A stretch of 64,000 nt of DNA from Amoebidium appalachense (Eukaryota; Protista; Ichthyosporea): positions 5,831,228-5,895,227 of the forward strand of contig CAVNZM010000008.1 in the NCBI GenBank assembly GCA_963693365.1, given 5' to 3'. A program made the translations under genes and the position numbers. Below the pieces are notes generated by a model. That model ran no database searches and was not told the origin of the DNA. It saw nothing but the letters and a program-made list of their open reading frames with translations. Below, one piece after another: positions 21,432 through 57,954 of the stretch. Numbering within the stretch: the first letter of the stretch is position 1; every line of letters starts with the position of its first letter.

Positions 21432-21933
21432 CTTTGTGCAGCACCGTGCATCTTGCATTCACACATGTGGGGAAGGGGGAAATGCAAGGGGGGAGGGTCC
21501 GGAGGGCAAAAGGGGTTTAAATTAAGACTTCCAAGTTGAACACTGTGTGCCGTTGAGAACGGTCCCCGGGCTACATGCTGTGTTGATGAGATGGGATTGT
21601 GTGACTGTTAGAATGCTTTCAGTCAATGACTCTAATAATAACACACTGTCAGTGCCACACACACACACGCACACACACTCACACATACACACACACACGC
21701 ACGCACGTACACACACAAGCACACATATATATGCATACACACACACACACACACATACCGTGGCACACACACACAATGTAGGACACACACAAACCGTGAC
21801 TGTCACACACACACACACACAGAGCCTGATATGCACAAACACACACACACATAAGCACAGGTGCCCACACCTACACACACACACCGTGGCACCGTGCATT
21901 CTCAGTCACACACACACACACTCACTCACTCAC

Positions 21934-21995
21934 CTTGTGTTGCTTGGCTTCTGGTGACCTCCACCAGTGCTAACAAGCTGAAAACAGCCACACAT
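21934..21995 (-). pseudogene. Signal-peptide exon 1 remnant of the PAN-gene paralog
   Basis: Reads CVAVFSLLALVEVTRSQATQ|gtgagt versus RVALFSLLAVIIVVGVATGQTTQ|gtgagt at 45169-45250. Adjacent 21540-21635 matches intron 1 (45895-45990, reverse complement). Confidence 0.8.
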
Positions 21996-22004
21996 TTTTT
22001 TTTT

Positions 22005-22035
<31 letters not shown>

Positions 22036-22595
22036 GGGGGGAGGGGGGGGGGGGGGGGGAATCCGAGTCTGCAGTGTGCTTGCCATTAATTTACGGTGTC
22101 ATTATTAATAAAACAGCTGCAGCATGTGAAAGTGACCTGCAATCACTTCTACACATTATTATTATGGTATTTTGACTACGTAATGATATCATAGGTATTA
22201 AAAAGGCGAATGTCGCATGCATGGATGTATACGTAGTGTGTGCTTGACGTGTATGTGGTTGCGTGTGTGCATGTTCATGTGTGTGTGCCGTGTGTGTGCA
22301 TTGAATGTGACAGCATACTCTACATACACCGTGACATTACAGTTAAACTGTAAGTAACATTACAATCATAAACTACCACTCTGACATGCTGAACATTACT
22401 GGAAGTTAAATGTTACAACTAACACCTAACAAACTGATTCTTAAGTTACTGTGTTGACTAAGTCTTGGCATCATGATGCCAAATCCCATACTAATCGAAC
22501 CTACTAGACATGCCCTACGTTTGCCACCTGACCCCAAAGCAGCTGGCAGCCACAATAACAATTAGAAAAATAAAAAACTACGTGGAGGGATTGGC

Positions 22596-25250
22596 TCACT
22601 TCCACCTATTATCCGTGACACTAAAACTGAGCAGGCGGATGCCAAAAGCGGTGACCAGAGCATACAACATGGCCTTGCACCTACAGCATTGCATGTAAGT
22701 ATGACACAGATGGGGAGGGATTGCTAAAGTCAGTTGACAGACGCTACATTGTGCACTGGCTATCGTGCTCGGGTATGTGTGATAATAACTGGGGTGGAAC
22801 GCTTGCGGATGGTGCGGGTGCTGGCTAGGGGGAATCACCCCAGACTGTTGGGTGCTTTGGAATTCATCCGCCGAATCGGTTGACGAACTGGTGGGATCAT
22901 GCTCCTGAGGGGCAACACCTGTGTTGGTGCTTGCACGTGAAAAGCCGCTGGGCTTGGCCTTCTTTGACGGGGCAGTCTGTGAATTACTCTGTGACTTCAG
23001 CCCACGTTTCGTGTTTCGTGCTCTCTCGCTTGCTTTCTCCGTAACTGTCCTAGCAGCGGCTTCCTTAGCCCTCGCGATTTCCTCCCTCACCTCGGCGGCC
23101 ACCTGACTACGCAAACGTCTTTCCTTCTCAATGTGTTCTATTTTTGACTTGATTTGTTTCAATGTTTTGGAAAGGATGGCATCCAGCCCCACACCCTCCT
23201 CGTTGCCCTCCAATGCTGCATGGTAATGTGCAAATATGTCCTCCTCTGTTGCCGGCAACTTTTGTTCCGCAAGCGAAATAACAATACTTTCAATCAACGC
23301 GGTCTCCGCATCCGACCATCTACCCGAACGTACCTCCTCGCCCACAGACACATAATACTCCAAACCATTCTGATCTGTGGTTCGTGTTTGCGTGAATCGT
23401 GCGCGCCGCCTTTGCGTTGGAATCGTGGCAGTGGCCTTGCCCCTGGTGGCTGTTGTGTTGGCCGTATGGGTGGTGTTGGACCCATCACCACTTCTCAGGG
23501 AAAGGTTCCCCCCTTCGCCGGATAAATGCAGCTGCATGGTAGACGGGCGACCTGGACGGTTTGGCTCTGGCCGCTGTCCATGACTGCATGTGTATGTGCG
23601 TTTGTGTGTGCGTGTGAATGCGCGCGCACGTATACACATGACGCACCCACAGAGCACGTGTGAGCACGTGTGCGTGCGCACACGTGCTCTGTGGGTGCGT
23701 GCGTGCGTGGATTCGTGCACCTGTGCATCTATCCACACACGTGTATGCATGGACCATGATGCGCGGATGCATTGTGTGTGTGTGTGTGTGTGTGTTGGGG
23801 GGGGGGGGGGGGGGGGGGGGAGGGGCTGTGTGTGTGCGTGCACACGTGCATGCGTGTGTGTGTTTAAGTTTGTGTATGGTGTGCGGGTGTGCAGGTGGTG
23901 AGCAGTGGGGAAGGTGGGGGGGAGGAGGAGGGGTTAGACATCATGAAACGACGGATACAGGAGGGGGAGGGGATTGGGAGAGGGGGCTTTTCTTTCCCCC
24001 TCCCGGGGGGGGGGGGGGGGGGGGAGAGAGGGGGAAGGGGGGGGGGGGGGGGGGGGGAATAAAGAGAGGGACAAGCAGAAATACCTGGATTTGGCCAAGT
24101 TAAGGTTTCGATTATAAAGTACCAAGTGTGGGCAAATAGAGGATGCAAAAGAAGAAAAGTAGCAAATGCATATCATACGGCTCACCTGTTGCCACAATTC
24201 TCACACCTGCATGCCTGGGTGCATGCCCGCTTGTTCTTTGCGCATATGCAACGCTCATGCCCATCGTATGCCTGCACTTTTCCCCCGCCGTTCTTAAAAC
24301 CACAAAAAAAACGTGTTCTATCCTTACTGTTTCTATTACAGCTGCAGCCCTTGGCGGGCAACCCACCGAACGTGTCAGTTGTGTTAGCGTTAGACGCCAA
24401 CTCCGTCGAGTTTTCCGTGTCAACTGAGTGTGATGTCTGTGTTTGGTTGTTGTCCGAGATTTTGTTCGCATGCGACAAGCGAGGTATTACCACTGAGTAA
24501 TGATCTGCTGCACCGTTAAGTGATACGGGTATGGCAATGTTGGGTTCGATGACGGTGGGTGGAGTGACCGCAACTACACCGTGATTGGCAATCGTGCTAA
24601 AAATGGTTATTGGTATGCGGAGTGCGTTGGCTAAGCCCAGCACCATCGCGTCACCGGCTGCAGAAGCAAAATGGGCGCGCCGAGGACAGCGGAAATCATC
24701 AGCTACGTATGCGAGGGTCACCCTTGAAAGGAATCCTTGGTATTCTGCTAGATTTCGCCGCCATTCGTTTACCATTAGTTCGCGTAGCCGTCCAATCGCC
24801 TCTATAGGCTCCATATTAGCTGTAAACCCCAATGTGTTGAGGTGTTCACGGGTAGCTACATGACCGCTTTGTAGATACTGATTGATATAATGCCACACCG
24901 AATGAAACAAACAGTTGCCGTCAGCGGGTGTTTCCATAAGCTCCATTCTCCAGGCACCCAGAATTTGAAGAAGGCGTTGTTGCTGGACCTCAGGTGGCCC
25001 GGATATGTCCCTGTGTTGCACATCACAAGGAAGAATAAGCAAAGACAAGAAGTGGGAGGGTGACGTAGGGCAGTGGTGGTGGGGTGGGTGACAGTGGGGT
25101 GGGATTGGGGGGGGGGGGGGGGGGGGAGGGGGAAAGAGAGAGAAAGACAGATTATGGGGAAGGCGGAAAGGCCGAGGAGCAGAACAAGGGAAACCTTGGC
25201 GGTGTGTGTGTGTGTGCGTGTGTGGGTGGGTTGGGGTTGGGGGGGGGGGG

Positions 25251-25283
<33 letters not shown>

Positions 25284-25488
25284 TTAGATTATTAACAATT
25301 CTATAAGTGAATAAGAGTGTGTGCGCTCGTGGCTGCGAGGGAGGGTGCACGCGTGCATGCATGGGTGCGTTCGTGTGTGCAGGTGTGTGAAAGGGGAGGG
25401 GTGTGTGTGTGTGGGGGGGGAGGGGGTTAGGCACTCTGAAGGGGGCCGGGCAGGTGTAAGGGAGTACTGATGAAGGAGGGGCTATGAA

Positions 25489-25524
<36 letters not shown>

Positions 25525-26337
25525 AGATGCAGATGCTTTCAAATAGGTGGAAGAGAAGCAGGGAGCTTCCAAAAAGGTAGGATGGAAGATATAGGTATAC
25601 TATTAGAGAATAATGAGAATTAGGGGAGGTAAGAGGTAATGGAGGACTTGAAAAGGAGGGACGAATGGGCAGAGGCCCTCCTGAGGGGGGAGGGGGGGGG
25701 GGGGAGGGGAACAGGACAGGCATAATAAGTGGGCCTGGGGAGGCAGGTTGTCTGACAAAAAACTGGTGTCACTTGGGTTGGAAGGAGAGATGGATTGATA
25801 CGTGCAAGGAAGTAAGGAGGTGGAGCAGTTGGGAGGAAGAATTGTGGGAAGGAGGAGAGGGGGAGGGGGATGCAGAAAAGGGGGCGGGGGGGGGGGGGGA
25901 GGGGGGGGAGGGGAAAGGGGGATGGGGGAAAGGGGAGGAGGCCCTGCAGGGAAAGGGGGGGAGAGGCGAGAGGGAGGAGCGGGGGGCGTTGGAGGGGAAG
26001 GGGGGGGGGGGGGGGGGGGGTTCGGCAGGAAGCACCTGGCAAGCTGTATGTCTGCTGCCACGGCCTCGTCAAAGAACACTAGAGTGAAGAGCAGATGATC
26101 CGGGTCCTGTGCTGCTAAAGCAAACCCTTCGGAGCTGTGCACAGACCCAATCAGCTTGCGCATCGCACGCCGGGCGTTAAGCTTGCGGCCTGCTAGGCGC
26201 ACACATGTTGACACGTTGAATGAACCGGGGCTCTCGTCACTTGACCCCTCATCGTCATCGTCAGAGCCATCACTGTCGAAAGACCCAACCTCCATACCAC
26301 ACTCAGGCAAGGAACGGTTGCCATTATTGCCATAAGC
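22596..26337 (-). CDS. Spliced gene: acidic linker - OTU-like cysteine protease - CXC cluster - Myb/SANT-like domain - Zn ribbon (exons ~26337-26036, 25010-24186, 23583-22596); 5' end uncertain (possibly to 27852)
   Basis: PADGNCLF...DHY (OTU). CSC..C..CIC...C...CRCENCGN. GRWSDAETALI...KTLKQIKSKI. CSVC..CCRC. Two phase-2 GT-AG joins keep the frame. Confidence 0.75.
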
Positions 26338-26876
26338 TGCAGAGTGAACACAAAGACAGGGTGAGAGAATAGCTGGTCAATGGTTGCCAGGTCTATAAAG
26401 AACCCACTCCCAACCGAATCCCCCATCCAACCCCCCCCCCCCCCCCCCCACACACAAACACACAACATACATACACACACACATACACACACACACACCG
26501 CCCACACCCTCCCCACCCCCCCTCTTGCTCTCGGCCCCCCCCCCCCCCTGCCTAATTCTCCACTTCCCCCTTCTCCCTCTCCGTCCCACCCTCCCGCCCT
26601 TCCTCTTTACCGACTGCCCTCCTCTCTTTGCCCCTCTCTTTCTGTCTTTTCCGCCATCCCTCCCTCTACCCTTTCTCCCCCTCCCTCCTTCCCTCCAACC
26701 CTCCCACCCACCCATCCTTCCCTCCCTTTCTCCCTACCCTGACCTCTCCCCCTTCCCCCCTCCCCTGTCTTTAACATACACACACAGGCACACACATACA
26801 CGCCCCCCCCCCCCCCCCCCCCCCCTCCTCCCCTTCTCTGTACCCACCCACCCACCCACCCACATTACACACACAA

Positions 26877-26927
<51 letters not shown>

Positions 26928-28151
26928 CAACACACACACACACTCACTACACACACACAGGCACATACACACACAGACAAGCACACACCCACAGGCATAC
27001 ACCGTGACACACAGAAACTCTCTACCCACTATCCTGTACTGCCTCTTGACTAATTGTATGCTTAAAGGGGAAGGGAGGGAAGGGGGAAAAGCGGAGGAGT
27101 GGGCTTTAAGTGGGTACACTGCACAGAATGGTCACACAAAACATATGGAACACGTTGCCACACATACCCTATCGGGTGATAGCAACATATAAGAGGCAAG
27201 CCAAAGCAGAAAAGGCAGCATGCCATGCCAAACAGATCATGGGAGAGGCACAAAGGTCCATAAGATTAAGTGCAAGGGAAGGCCTGAGCGGTGAAGGCAT
27301 TGGTATCCACAAGATGCAAAAGGACACACCTAACGTATTACATAAAAAACAACTTCTAAAACGGAGGAACCACCTGTAAGGCCCAGAACAGAGAGACAGG
27401 GGAGGGGAGAGAAAAAGTGGAAAAGAGGCAGGGGGTGGTGGGGAGAGAGGGGGGGAGGGGGGGGGGGGGGGAAGGGGGGGGGGGAGAATCACCTGATGGA
27501 CTCCCTCCGCTGTAGATGCATCTATCCGGCCGCCATGACGGGTTTGATGCCACACCCAATCCCTGAGGAAGGGCTGGGGAGGGCACGTGCCAGCTTCGAC
27601 AGAGTCCTCATGATCCGCTATGCAATAATCAATGTACCGTGCAACGAATGGCTGTTCCAGCTTGGCATGATCTTTAGACCAAGATTTGTTTTCCTTAATG
27701 ACTTTTTTGTTCACCCCATCTGGGTTGTTTGTTGAACCCGCTGCAGCCAAAAGACAAAAGGCGAGGATAACATGAACGAGAATCCTCAGCAAAGCCCAAT
27801 GGCCTTGCCCACGTCCAATGCGGACGCGAGCATGTTTGTAACCCATGCTCACACAAAATATGTACTGTCAGTTATGATCGAGCATTAAAGGGTGTTGTCT
27901 GTTTTTATTATTTTTATATGAGCCTACTGCAATATGATAAGGATGCTAGCGCTGTGTCACACCTGTCAACTGCCAGTCCAGGCTGTGACTGCCCGTTCAA
28001 GTACGCCACCACCTGCACGTGGTTGACGTGGTCTTGCTTAGCCCGCCTTTCGAGTTTATTCCTCGAATCAGACGCCACCAACGATGAGCCACAAAAACGG
28101 GTCAGAAAACGGGTCAGGAACGATTCGAGCTGATTCGACCCATAATAGTTC

Positions 28152-28374
28152 GAACCGACCCATTTATGCCCCAAATAAATTTGGCACCAAATAATTTGGC
28201 ACGAACCTGGTGACGTAAAATGTGGCACGAATTTATTTGGCACCAGCCCGCTAGCGGAGCACATCCAGGGGTATCCCCAAGCTCCTGTCGGTGCCTGGGC
28301 GACATCCTGCCCCATTTTCACCGTTTTGCAGGCTCGTGCCAAATAAATTTCGTGCCAAATATTACGTCACACCC
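28152..28374. repeat. Cluster of TGGCAC-core motifs in both orientations, probably a transposon subterminal region
   Basis: About six TGGCAC/GTGCCA cores, most with AATAAATTT-like flanks. Confidence 0.6.
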
Positions 28375-28447
28375 TAGGAGCTTGGGAATTGAGGGTAGCA
28401 CCGTCATCCGTCCGGGTTTCGTGACTTACGTTACTCTCTCCGAGGTA

Positions 28448-29323
28448 CAGTATGCGTCCACGCATAACATACTCCACGCACAACATAACGTCGACGCCGA
28501 TTTTCAAAAATCTTAACATACTGACCTCGGTCATTTTTCGGGATTAGGTTAGCGCACCAAGGGGTCCTATACATAGTAGGACGAATTATCGGGTTTATCT
28601 GGTCAGTTTAGACCCCCTATCTTTAGTATTTCGATCTCTTTCCCAGACAAAACAGTGGTTCGCCGTGATTTCAACGACCGCCCAAAGCTCGCCAGGGCCA
28701 ATGATAGGCGGCGGCCGCACATCGCATGGTATGCAAAGGACTCTTGTGGCCGACTATGTCGATAAACGAGCAGAAACATACGAAGGCCCCAACTAGTTCG
28801 AAGCAGTCTTGTATAGCTAGTTTTTACATCCTAGTCATATAGGCAGGTTGAATGCATATTAAACCCACCGATCATGACCAAGCCAGTAGTCAAGGTGCAG
28901 GCAGCTGCACTTGGGGCGTTGAATAGTGCACTGCACACAGTAAATGAGGCCACAGACAAGTTTCAGGAAACTACCCAAGAAGCCCAAGCAATCATTTCTG
29001 AGGGTTTTGTAAACGCAAACAACACAATCAACAACGCAACCACACGTGCAATTGCACAAGCCGAAACGGCAAAAGCACAATTGCGCTCGCACATGGAGAG
29101 TTTAGAGAGCCGCAGAGCCCCCACACGCGCGGAATCGCTGAGTCTTTTCCGTGTGAGTTACGGTAATGGTTTGGAGCTTGATGAAACCCTGAATACGGAT
29201 TTGTATGAGGCGAAGGGGGAGGGGTTGCCTCTTACTCGTGTAGGTGTGTGGTGCCAAATTCGTGGTGTGAGAGTAAGGTGTGAGGGAGCAGAAAGACTAG
29301 TACGTCCTTGTTTGTCTGAGTTG

Positions 29324-29359
<36 letters not shown>

Positions 29360-29543
29360 CTTTTTTGGTTTGGTCCCCTTGAAAAAAATTAGTATGTTTT
29401 TATTATTATTTGAATCAAGTACTTATTGATTTCCTCTATATTTACTTATTTAGCGGGTTGGGGAGGAGGGGAGGGGGGGGTGGGGGGGGGGGGGACTTGA
29501 TGTACTAAATGCTAGACTTTCAAGTATTGATTTAGATTTAAAA

Positions 29544-29619
<76 letters not shown>

Positions 29620-29886
29620 CGGCACACACACACACACATAGGTTTTCACGCTTTCGGCTTCTTCTTTTTTTTTTTTTTTTTTCAAAGTTTTTTTTCCCGA
29701 ATTTCCCTTTTTTTTTTTTTTCACCATCTCAAAAAGGAACTAGTATAAGTATTCTTTGTTTATTCATTCATTTGATCAATTTATTATTTGTTTACTACTA
29801 TATTTATGTCATTTAGCGGTTTGCGGATTCCCCGCCCGATGGAGAGGCCCAGTGTGGCCTCCTGGGCGGGCGGGAGGGCGGGCGGG

Positions 29887-29920
<34 letters not shown>

Positions 29921-30028
29921 AACATAATCGAGACGGGCTCTGGGAGCCTATTTTTAGATACTAACTAAAATTTAACATAACAACCTCGACCCTTGTCGGG
30001 GCGGTATGTTATGCGTGGACGCATACTG
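28448..30028 (+). mobile_element. Second Tc1/pogo-type non-autonomous element (1581 bp)
   Basis: TA|CAGTATGCGTCCACGCATAACATAC ... GTATGTTATGCGTGGACGCATACTG|TA, 25-bp perfect TIRs. Confidence 0.92.
28874..29392 (+). CDS. Ala/Thr/Gln-rich helical ORF inside the TIR element; likely first exon of a deleted gene
   Basis: Non-repetitive 140-codon stretch ending near a possible donor (cta|gtacgt) before (GT)n. No transposase motif seen. Confidence 0.45.
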
Positions 30029-30093
30029 TAGTGGGAGAGAGATCGACAGTCTGGAGGGAGGGTGTGTGTGTCGAGGAACAACATGGTGTGTGT

Positions 30094-30128
<35 letters not shown>

Positions 30129-30129
30129 A

Positions 30130-30338
<209 letters not shown>

Positions 30339-31676
30339 GAGGGAACGGGAGGAGAATCTCCTCTAGTGATCATTAGATCTACTTACTCGTCGGAGCATGT
30401 ACGGTGGGCGTGACTGAGAGAGACCGTCGACACGTCTTGAAATATGTATGTTTTGGAAGTGGTGCGCGCCACCTCCTTTGAAAGTTGGCACAATTTTTTT
30501 TTAAACTTTGCCTGTAATAATATTTTACTTCCACTCACTTGGCAACGGTGGTATATGTCCTATTATTCATGTCCCACTGACCCTGAGTTCAGTAGGCTGG
30601 CGCTCAACGTCAACTGGCTTGGAAATTTTTTTGAAGTTTGCGTTAAATAGTCCAAGTGGTTCTGATTCCCAGGCTCAGCCCTGCTCGGTAACCGTGATTG
30701 CAATTCGCCTTCTGAATGTGTTTTGCATAGTTGTGTCATAAAATAACCATATAAAGCTAAGTGGCTCAGCAGTGATCCAATAAGGCTGCACCTTCTATTT
30801 ATGGCAGGTGATTCCTTACTAAGAAGATCTCAAGCTTTTTTTTTTTTTTTTTTTTGGACGTCATGACGGTCTTTGTTTTTCACTTTCACAGAGAGCAGTA
30901 GAAAAAGCGTGGGAATACGTGGATGCTAGATACCAAGCATTTGCTGGTAGAATTTGCAGATCTCTAGAGGATTTAAACGCTATCTGGGTGAAAGGACACG
31001 TCTGTCAAGGGATTCTCGGGTTCTGGTTGGAAAATTCCTGTTGAACTTCTGTATGCAGCTTCGGGAAACTGAAAAAGAAGGTGGGTAAACGAATCGTGCT
31101 CATTTTTCCAATATCTTTTCGGCTGTCTTGGTATTATCATCCGATTCTCTCGCTTCTCACCTATAACACCCCCCCCCCACCCCCCACCCCCCTCCCTCCA
31201 CCCCCTCCCCTTTTTCCTTCCCTCCCCCTCCCCTCCCCCTCCTCGCCTACGATCCTCATACACACAGTCACACCCACGTAGACACCAAAGTGCAAACACA
31301 CACACACCTAGCACTTTATATCTCCTTGGTGTCTCTCTTTTTCGAGGCTCTCAGGCTCCCCCCCGCCCTCCTCCAGCCCCCCCCCCCCCCCCCTCCCCCT
31401 CCCCCCCCCCTTCCCGTCCCCCCCCCCCCCCCCCCCTTCCCCCTCCCCCCCTCCCCCCCTAGCTGCCCGCCACAAGACTCCCAGAATACCCCCCCTCCCC
31501 CCCCCCCCCCCCCCCCTCCCCTCCCTCCCCTCACCCCACCCATCCACCCACCCTCCCATTGATGGGCTGTGCTCAAGATTTATTCTGCATTCACAATGGT
31601 TGTGATGTCTGTTTTGTGTTTTTTATTTTTGTAGTTGTTGTAGTGTGCCTTTATTGGGCCACCCTCTCCCGTATAC

Positions 31677-31711
<35 letters not shown>

Positions 31712-31916
31712 ACACACGCACACACAACCCCACACACACCCACTCACCCACCCATACACACGCCTGACTGCTCAGGTCCTTCCCTGCCCCCCCACCACTG
31801 TCTCTCCAGTACCAGGCACACACACACACTAACACACACAAAAGAACCCCCCCCACACAAGCATACACGCACACGTACACTCATACGCACACACAGATAC
31901 ACACACATACGTACAC

Positions 31917-31975
<59 letters not shown>

Positions 31976-32031
31976 AATGCTCATACACACACACAAAGAC
32001 ACACACACACACGTACATGCACGTGGACACG

Positions 32032-32068
<37 letters not shown>

Positions 32069-32366
32069 ACAAACACACACACACCCCTACTCCTTCCCTC
32101 CCCCCCTCCCCCCCTTCCCCCATCCCTCCCCCCAGGCGCCCTCCCATCCTAACACGTACAAACACACCCACGCCCGCACACCCACCCACCCACCCACCCA
32201 ACCACCCACACCCACCCCCCCACACACACACACATTCACACCCACCCACCCACACACACAGACACAGACACACGCACACACGTACATACGCACATGCACA
32301 GACGTACACACCCACACCCACACCCACACCCACACACATACACACTCGTACACACACACAGATACC

Positions 32367-42016
<9,650 letters not shown>

Positions 42017-42929
42017 CACATAGAGCCGACATTCAATTTATTATGTATGTAGATGAATACGTTGCATCCTTGTGTGTGACACGGAAGAAATGCAGCCTTC
42101 AATGCCGGCCAGGGGGAGGGAATGGGAGGAGAGGGGTGGAGTGGGAGGGTGGGGGGGGAAGGGGGGGGGGGGGGGGGGAGGAGGAAGAAGGGGGGGGGGG
42201 GAGGGGGGGAGGGGAGGAGGGAGGAAAAGGGTTCCTGAAGCACGATTTGAAAATGAATACCATGCATATGTCTCGAATGGGTGTGGTCATACACCAGTTG
42301 ATCATGTAACGCCCACGTTTTTAACCCTACTACGGTACAGACTGTCGATTACCAAACTTAAGGTCTTGCCCATGGCATACTTCTTACATTTATAGTGTTG
42401 TTTTGCTTCAGGTCACTTGAGTTAATAAAAATTATTAAGTGTGTTGTTTTGCTTCTGTTGCTTTAGACTAATTTGAGACTTAACAATAATGTGGTGTTTT
42501 GCTTCGTTCCGTAATTGTGCCATGATGATCATGATGTGCACGGACACACCAAACCTTACAAATGCAACGAAGTGCAGGGATCATGAGAACACTGTACAAA
42601 CACGTGTGAATCACGTTGTTTTTCTAAACGCTAAAAATACAGCGCTCTCCACATCTGCAATAGTGTGTTCTCCATGAAATATAATTATGGTTACATTTTT
42701 TATTTTTTTTTATCTGGAATGTGCGACGCCGTGGCACGGTGCACAGTGATCGGCCGACGGGAACCGGATGCGCGGGTGCTTTTCCGCTATCACACAGAAC
42801 TATCACATCTATAGTGCCTCCAAGAACGGGATGAAAAGTATATATACGGGTTCTGCGCCTTCTATAAGGTGACTTTTGACAGGTTTCATGTAAAATAGAG
42901 CAACTTATAATGATATGCCACATGACAAT

Positions 42930-44095
42930 AACTGTGTATACATCAGCGCAACGATATGCAGATTAATGTCAAAAAGTGTGCCCTTTTATCAAAATCGATA
43001 CCGGCATGGGACGACGTTTGTATTTTCGGCAGTCCCCTCCCTCGCCCAATCGAATACAAGTATTTGGGGATTCCGGTGGACGAATGGGGCATATGTTTCA
43101 AACGGATGATCGACCGTCGGGTGGAGAGTGCAGGCAGGTGTCTTCGGTTATTTCGGGATGTGTATCTTGCTACTCTTTCTCATACTGTCCACCTATACAA
43201 TCGTCTTAGTATATTTCGCACATATATTCGCCCTTTGTCGGAATACGGGTTGCCCTTACTAGCTATGGCACCCCCTGATACTGTTACTAATGTCCTCAAA
43301 TCATTAGATGATTTCCATTACACAACTTGTTGTATGTTTCTCACTGGTCTTTCCACACCTATCCCTAGACGCCTTTTTGATTCTCTCTACGCACTCACAC
43401 CACCATCACAACGCGTACACGAATTAGCCCTTAAATTTCACGAGCACATCACCCGCCTGTCCGCTTGTGCCCCGGACCACCCGCTCTTCCGGCTACACGC
43501 ATCCCCGCCGGATTCGCCCCTGTACCTCTTCCCTTCCCCATCGTCTCTGCCCATTGCCGAGCGCTATGTGGAATGGCTGGCGACCCCCCCGGAGGTACGG
43601 CTAGATCATAGTGTGAATATGAATAGTTTCAAGTCTATGGCTGATAGATATCTTTTTACTCTACGTGTTGAGTCCCTTCCGGTGTTAGGACCGCACAAAC
43701 ACCCACTACTAGTAGCCTATATGGCGGATACGGTTAGAGAGTCTCGTTCATACATAGATTCGTTTATTCGTAATGTGGTATGGTGTAAAAACGCAAAGAT
43801 GATTATGGCTTGGCGGTGTAATCGGTTTCTGGTGTCTCCTGCTCGTATGTGTAATATGTGTGGGGGGCGGTTTACTCGCGGCTGCATATCTATCAATAAA
43901 TGCAACCTGTTAGCTAGTGTATTAGAACCGGAGGTTATTGGCGGTTTTATTCTCTTTTCTCCCTCTCTTCCTCAATATATCCGTTTTAAGATGACTATCC
44001 TCGATCACCTTATTAATGCTGCACAGTATGATATTGTGATCCGGTGCCTTAACTTTCTGTCGGAGCTACCGATGCTAGCATCTGCTTACCCATAA
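42930..44095 (+). mobile_element. 5'-truncated non-LTR retrotransposon (RT thumb + C-terminal Cys cluster)
   Basis: MQINVKKC...YKYLGI, FRTYIRPLSEYG, CNMCGGRFTR..C. No YADD-type core in the window. Intronless. Confidence 0.8.
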
Positions 44096-45168
44096 TATGT
44101 AATAGGGGTGTCAGATACTACGATGGCGCTCATTGTTGCCTAGCATGTACATATGTCACTGGCTGCATTTGATTGGCTGTGCTGGAAAACGCAGTAGGCC
44201 GTCGAATGTGGCTGGGCCTCCGGCAATGTCCACGCAATAAAAAGTGTGTAAACCCATACATGTTATGACCACAATGTATGTGTCCTGCGAAAATCGAGTG
44301 GCCTACGTGTAAGATTCAAAGCCAAAATAATAGATCTTACTAGGCTAGTTTATCTTGCCATCATGTTTTTCGAAAAAATCTAACTATGTGAATTCTGGCC
44401 TTTAACAATTGCCATGTGTTTATTTTTGAAATGAGCCTTAAGAGCTTTTATGGAAAGTAGATAAAGAAACATCGCCGATGATTATTATCGGAACCGAACG
44501 CCATTCTTATACGTGGACTCTAACACATTCCATTCGGGATAAGAGAGCCTCGGGAATTGGATCGGAATGCCTGAGGAATGTTGTGGTTCAACATGTACAG
44601 AGTTTTTTGCTCCCTGGTGCAGTGGCACTCATTTCTTCGTAGCGTTTTTTGCAAAAAAAGAACTCAAAAGAGACCTTTTTTTTTTTTTAACGTGCACATT
44701 GTAACTGTATTTTGATGGTTGGACCCACCCGTGAGTGCCTTTCAACTTGAACGTTCATCATCCCAGTGAACCCATTCGACTCGATCACAACGGCTCGCCA
44801 CCTAGGCACGCTGTACATTGTGTTACTCTGGGAAAAAACCTGTACAGGACTTAGCTAGTGATGAGCATTACATTACTAGATTAACGCTACAAAACATAGA
44901 GCCAGTGCATACCGTTTTGAGTGTGGATTGATAGTGACTGTCGCCTCGCCTCATAATTTCCATGGAAATTCTCCTTTAGTGATGCACAACTTGAAGTTTG
45001 GCAAACCAAGCAGGGTTCAATCTGTAGAAGTTCAACCATTTCGACTCGAACGGTTCTTTGGTTGCCTTTTTTCTGTGGCTTCACATCCTTTTCCTTTTTT
45101 TGTTTTGGAAAGAAACACCGTCTCGGGATTTTTTCGTTTTAATGGATATGTGTCCTTGGAGATGAGAA

Positions 45169-57839
<12,671 letters not shown>

Positions 57840-57865
57840 AGTCAGAAAGGTCTGTGTGTGTGTGT

Positions 57866-57954
<89 letters not shown>

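Noticed and set aside
30892-31080. AG/GT-bounded segment as a coding exon
   Set aside because: Stops in all three frames; at most a 5' UTR exon of the hydrolase gene.
44609-44650. tRNA/SINE-like start (GCTCCCTGGTGCAGTGG)
   Set aside because: Only A-box-like; no B-box or cloverleaf follows.
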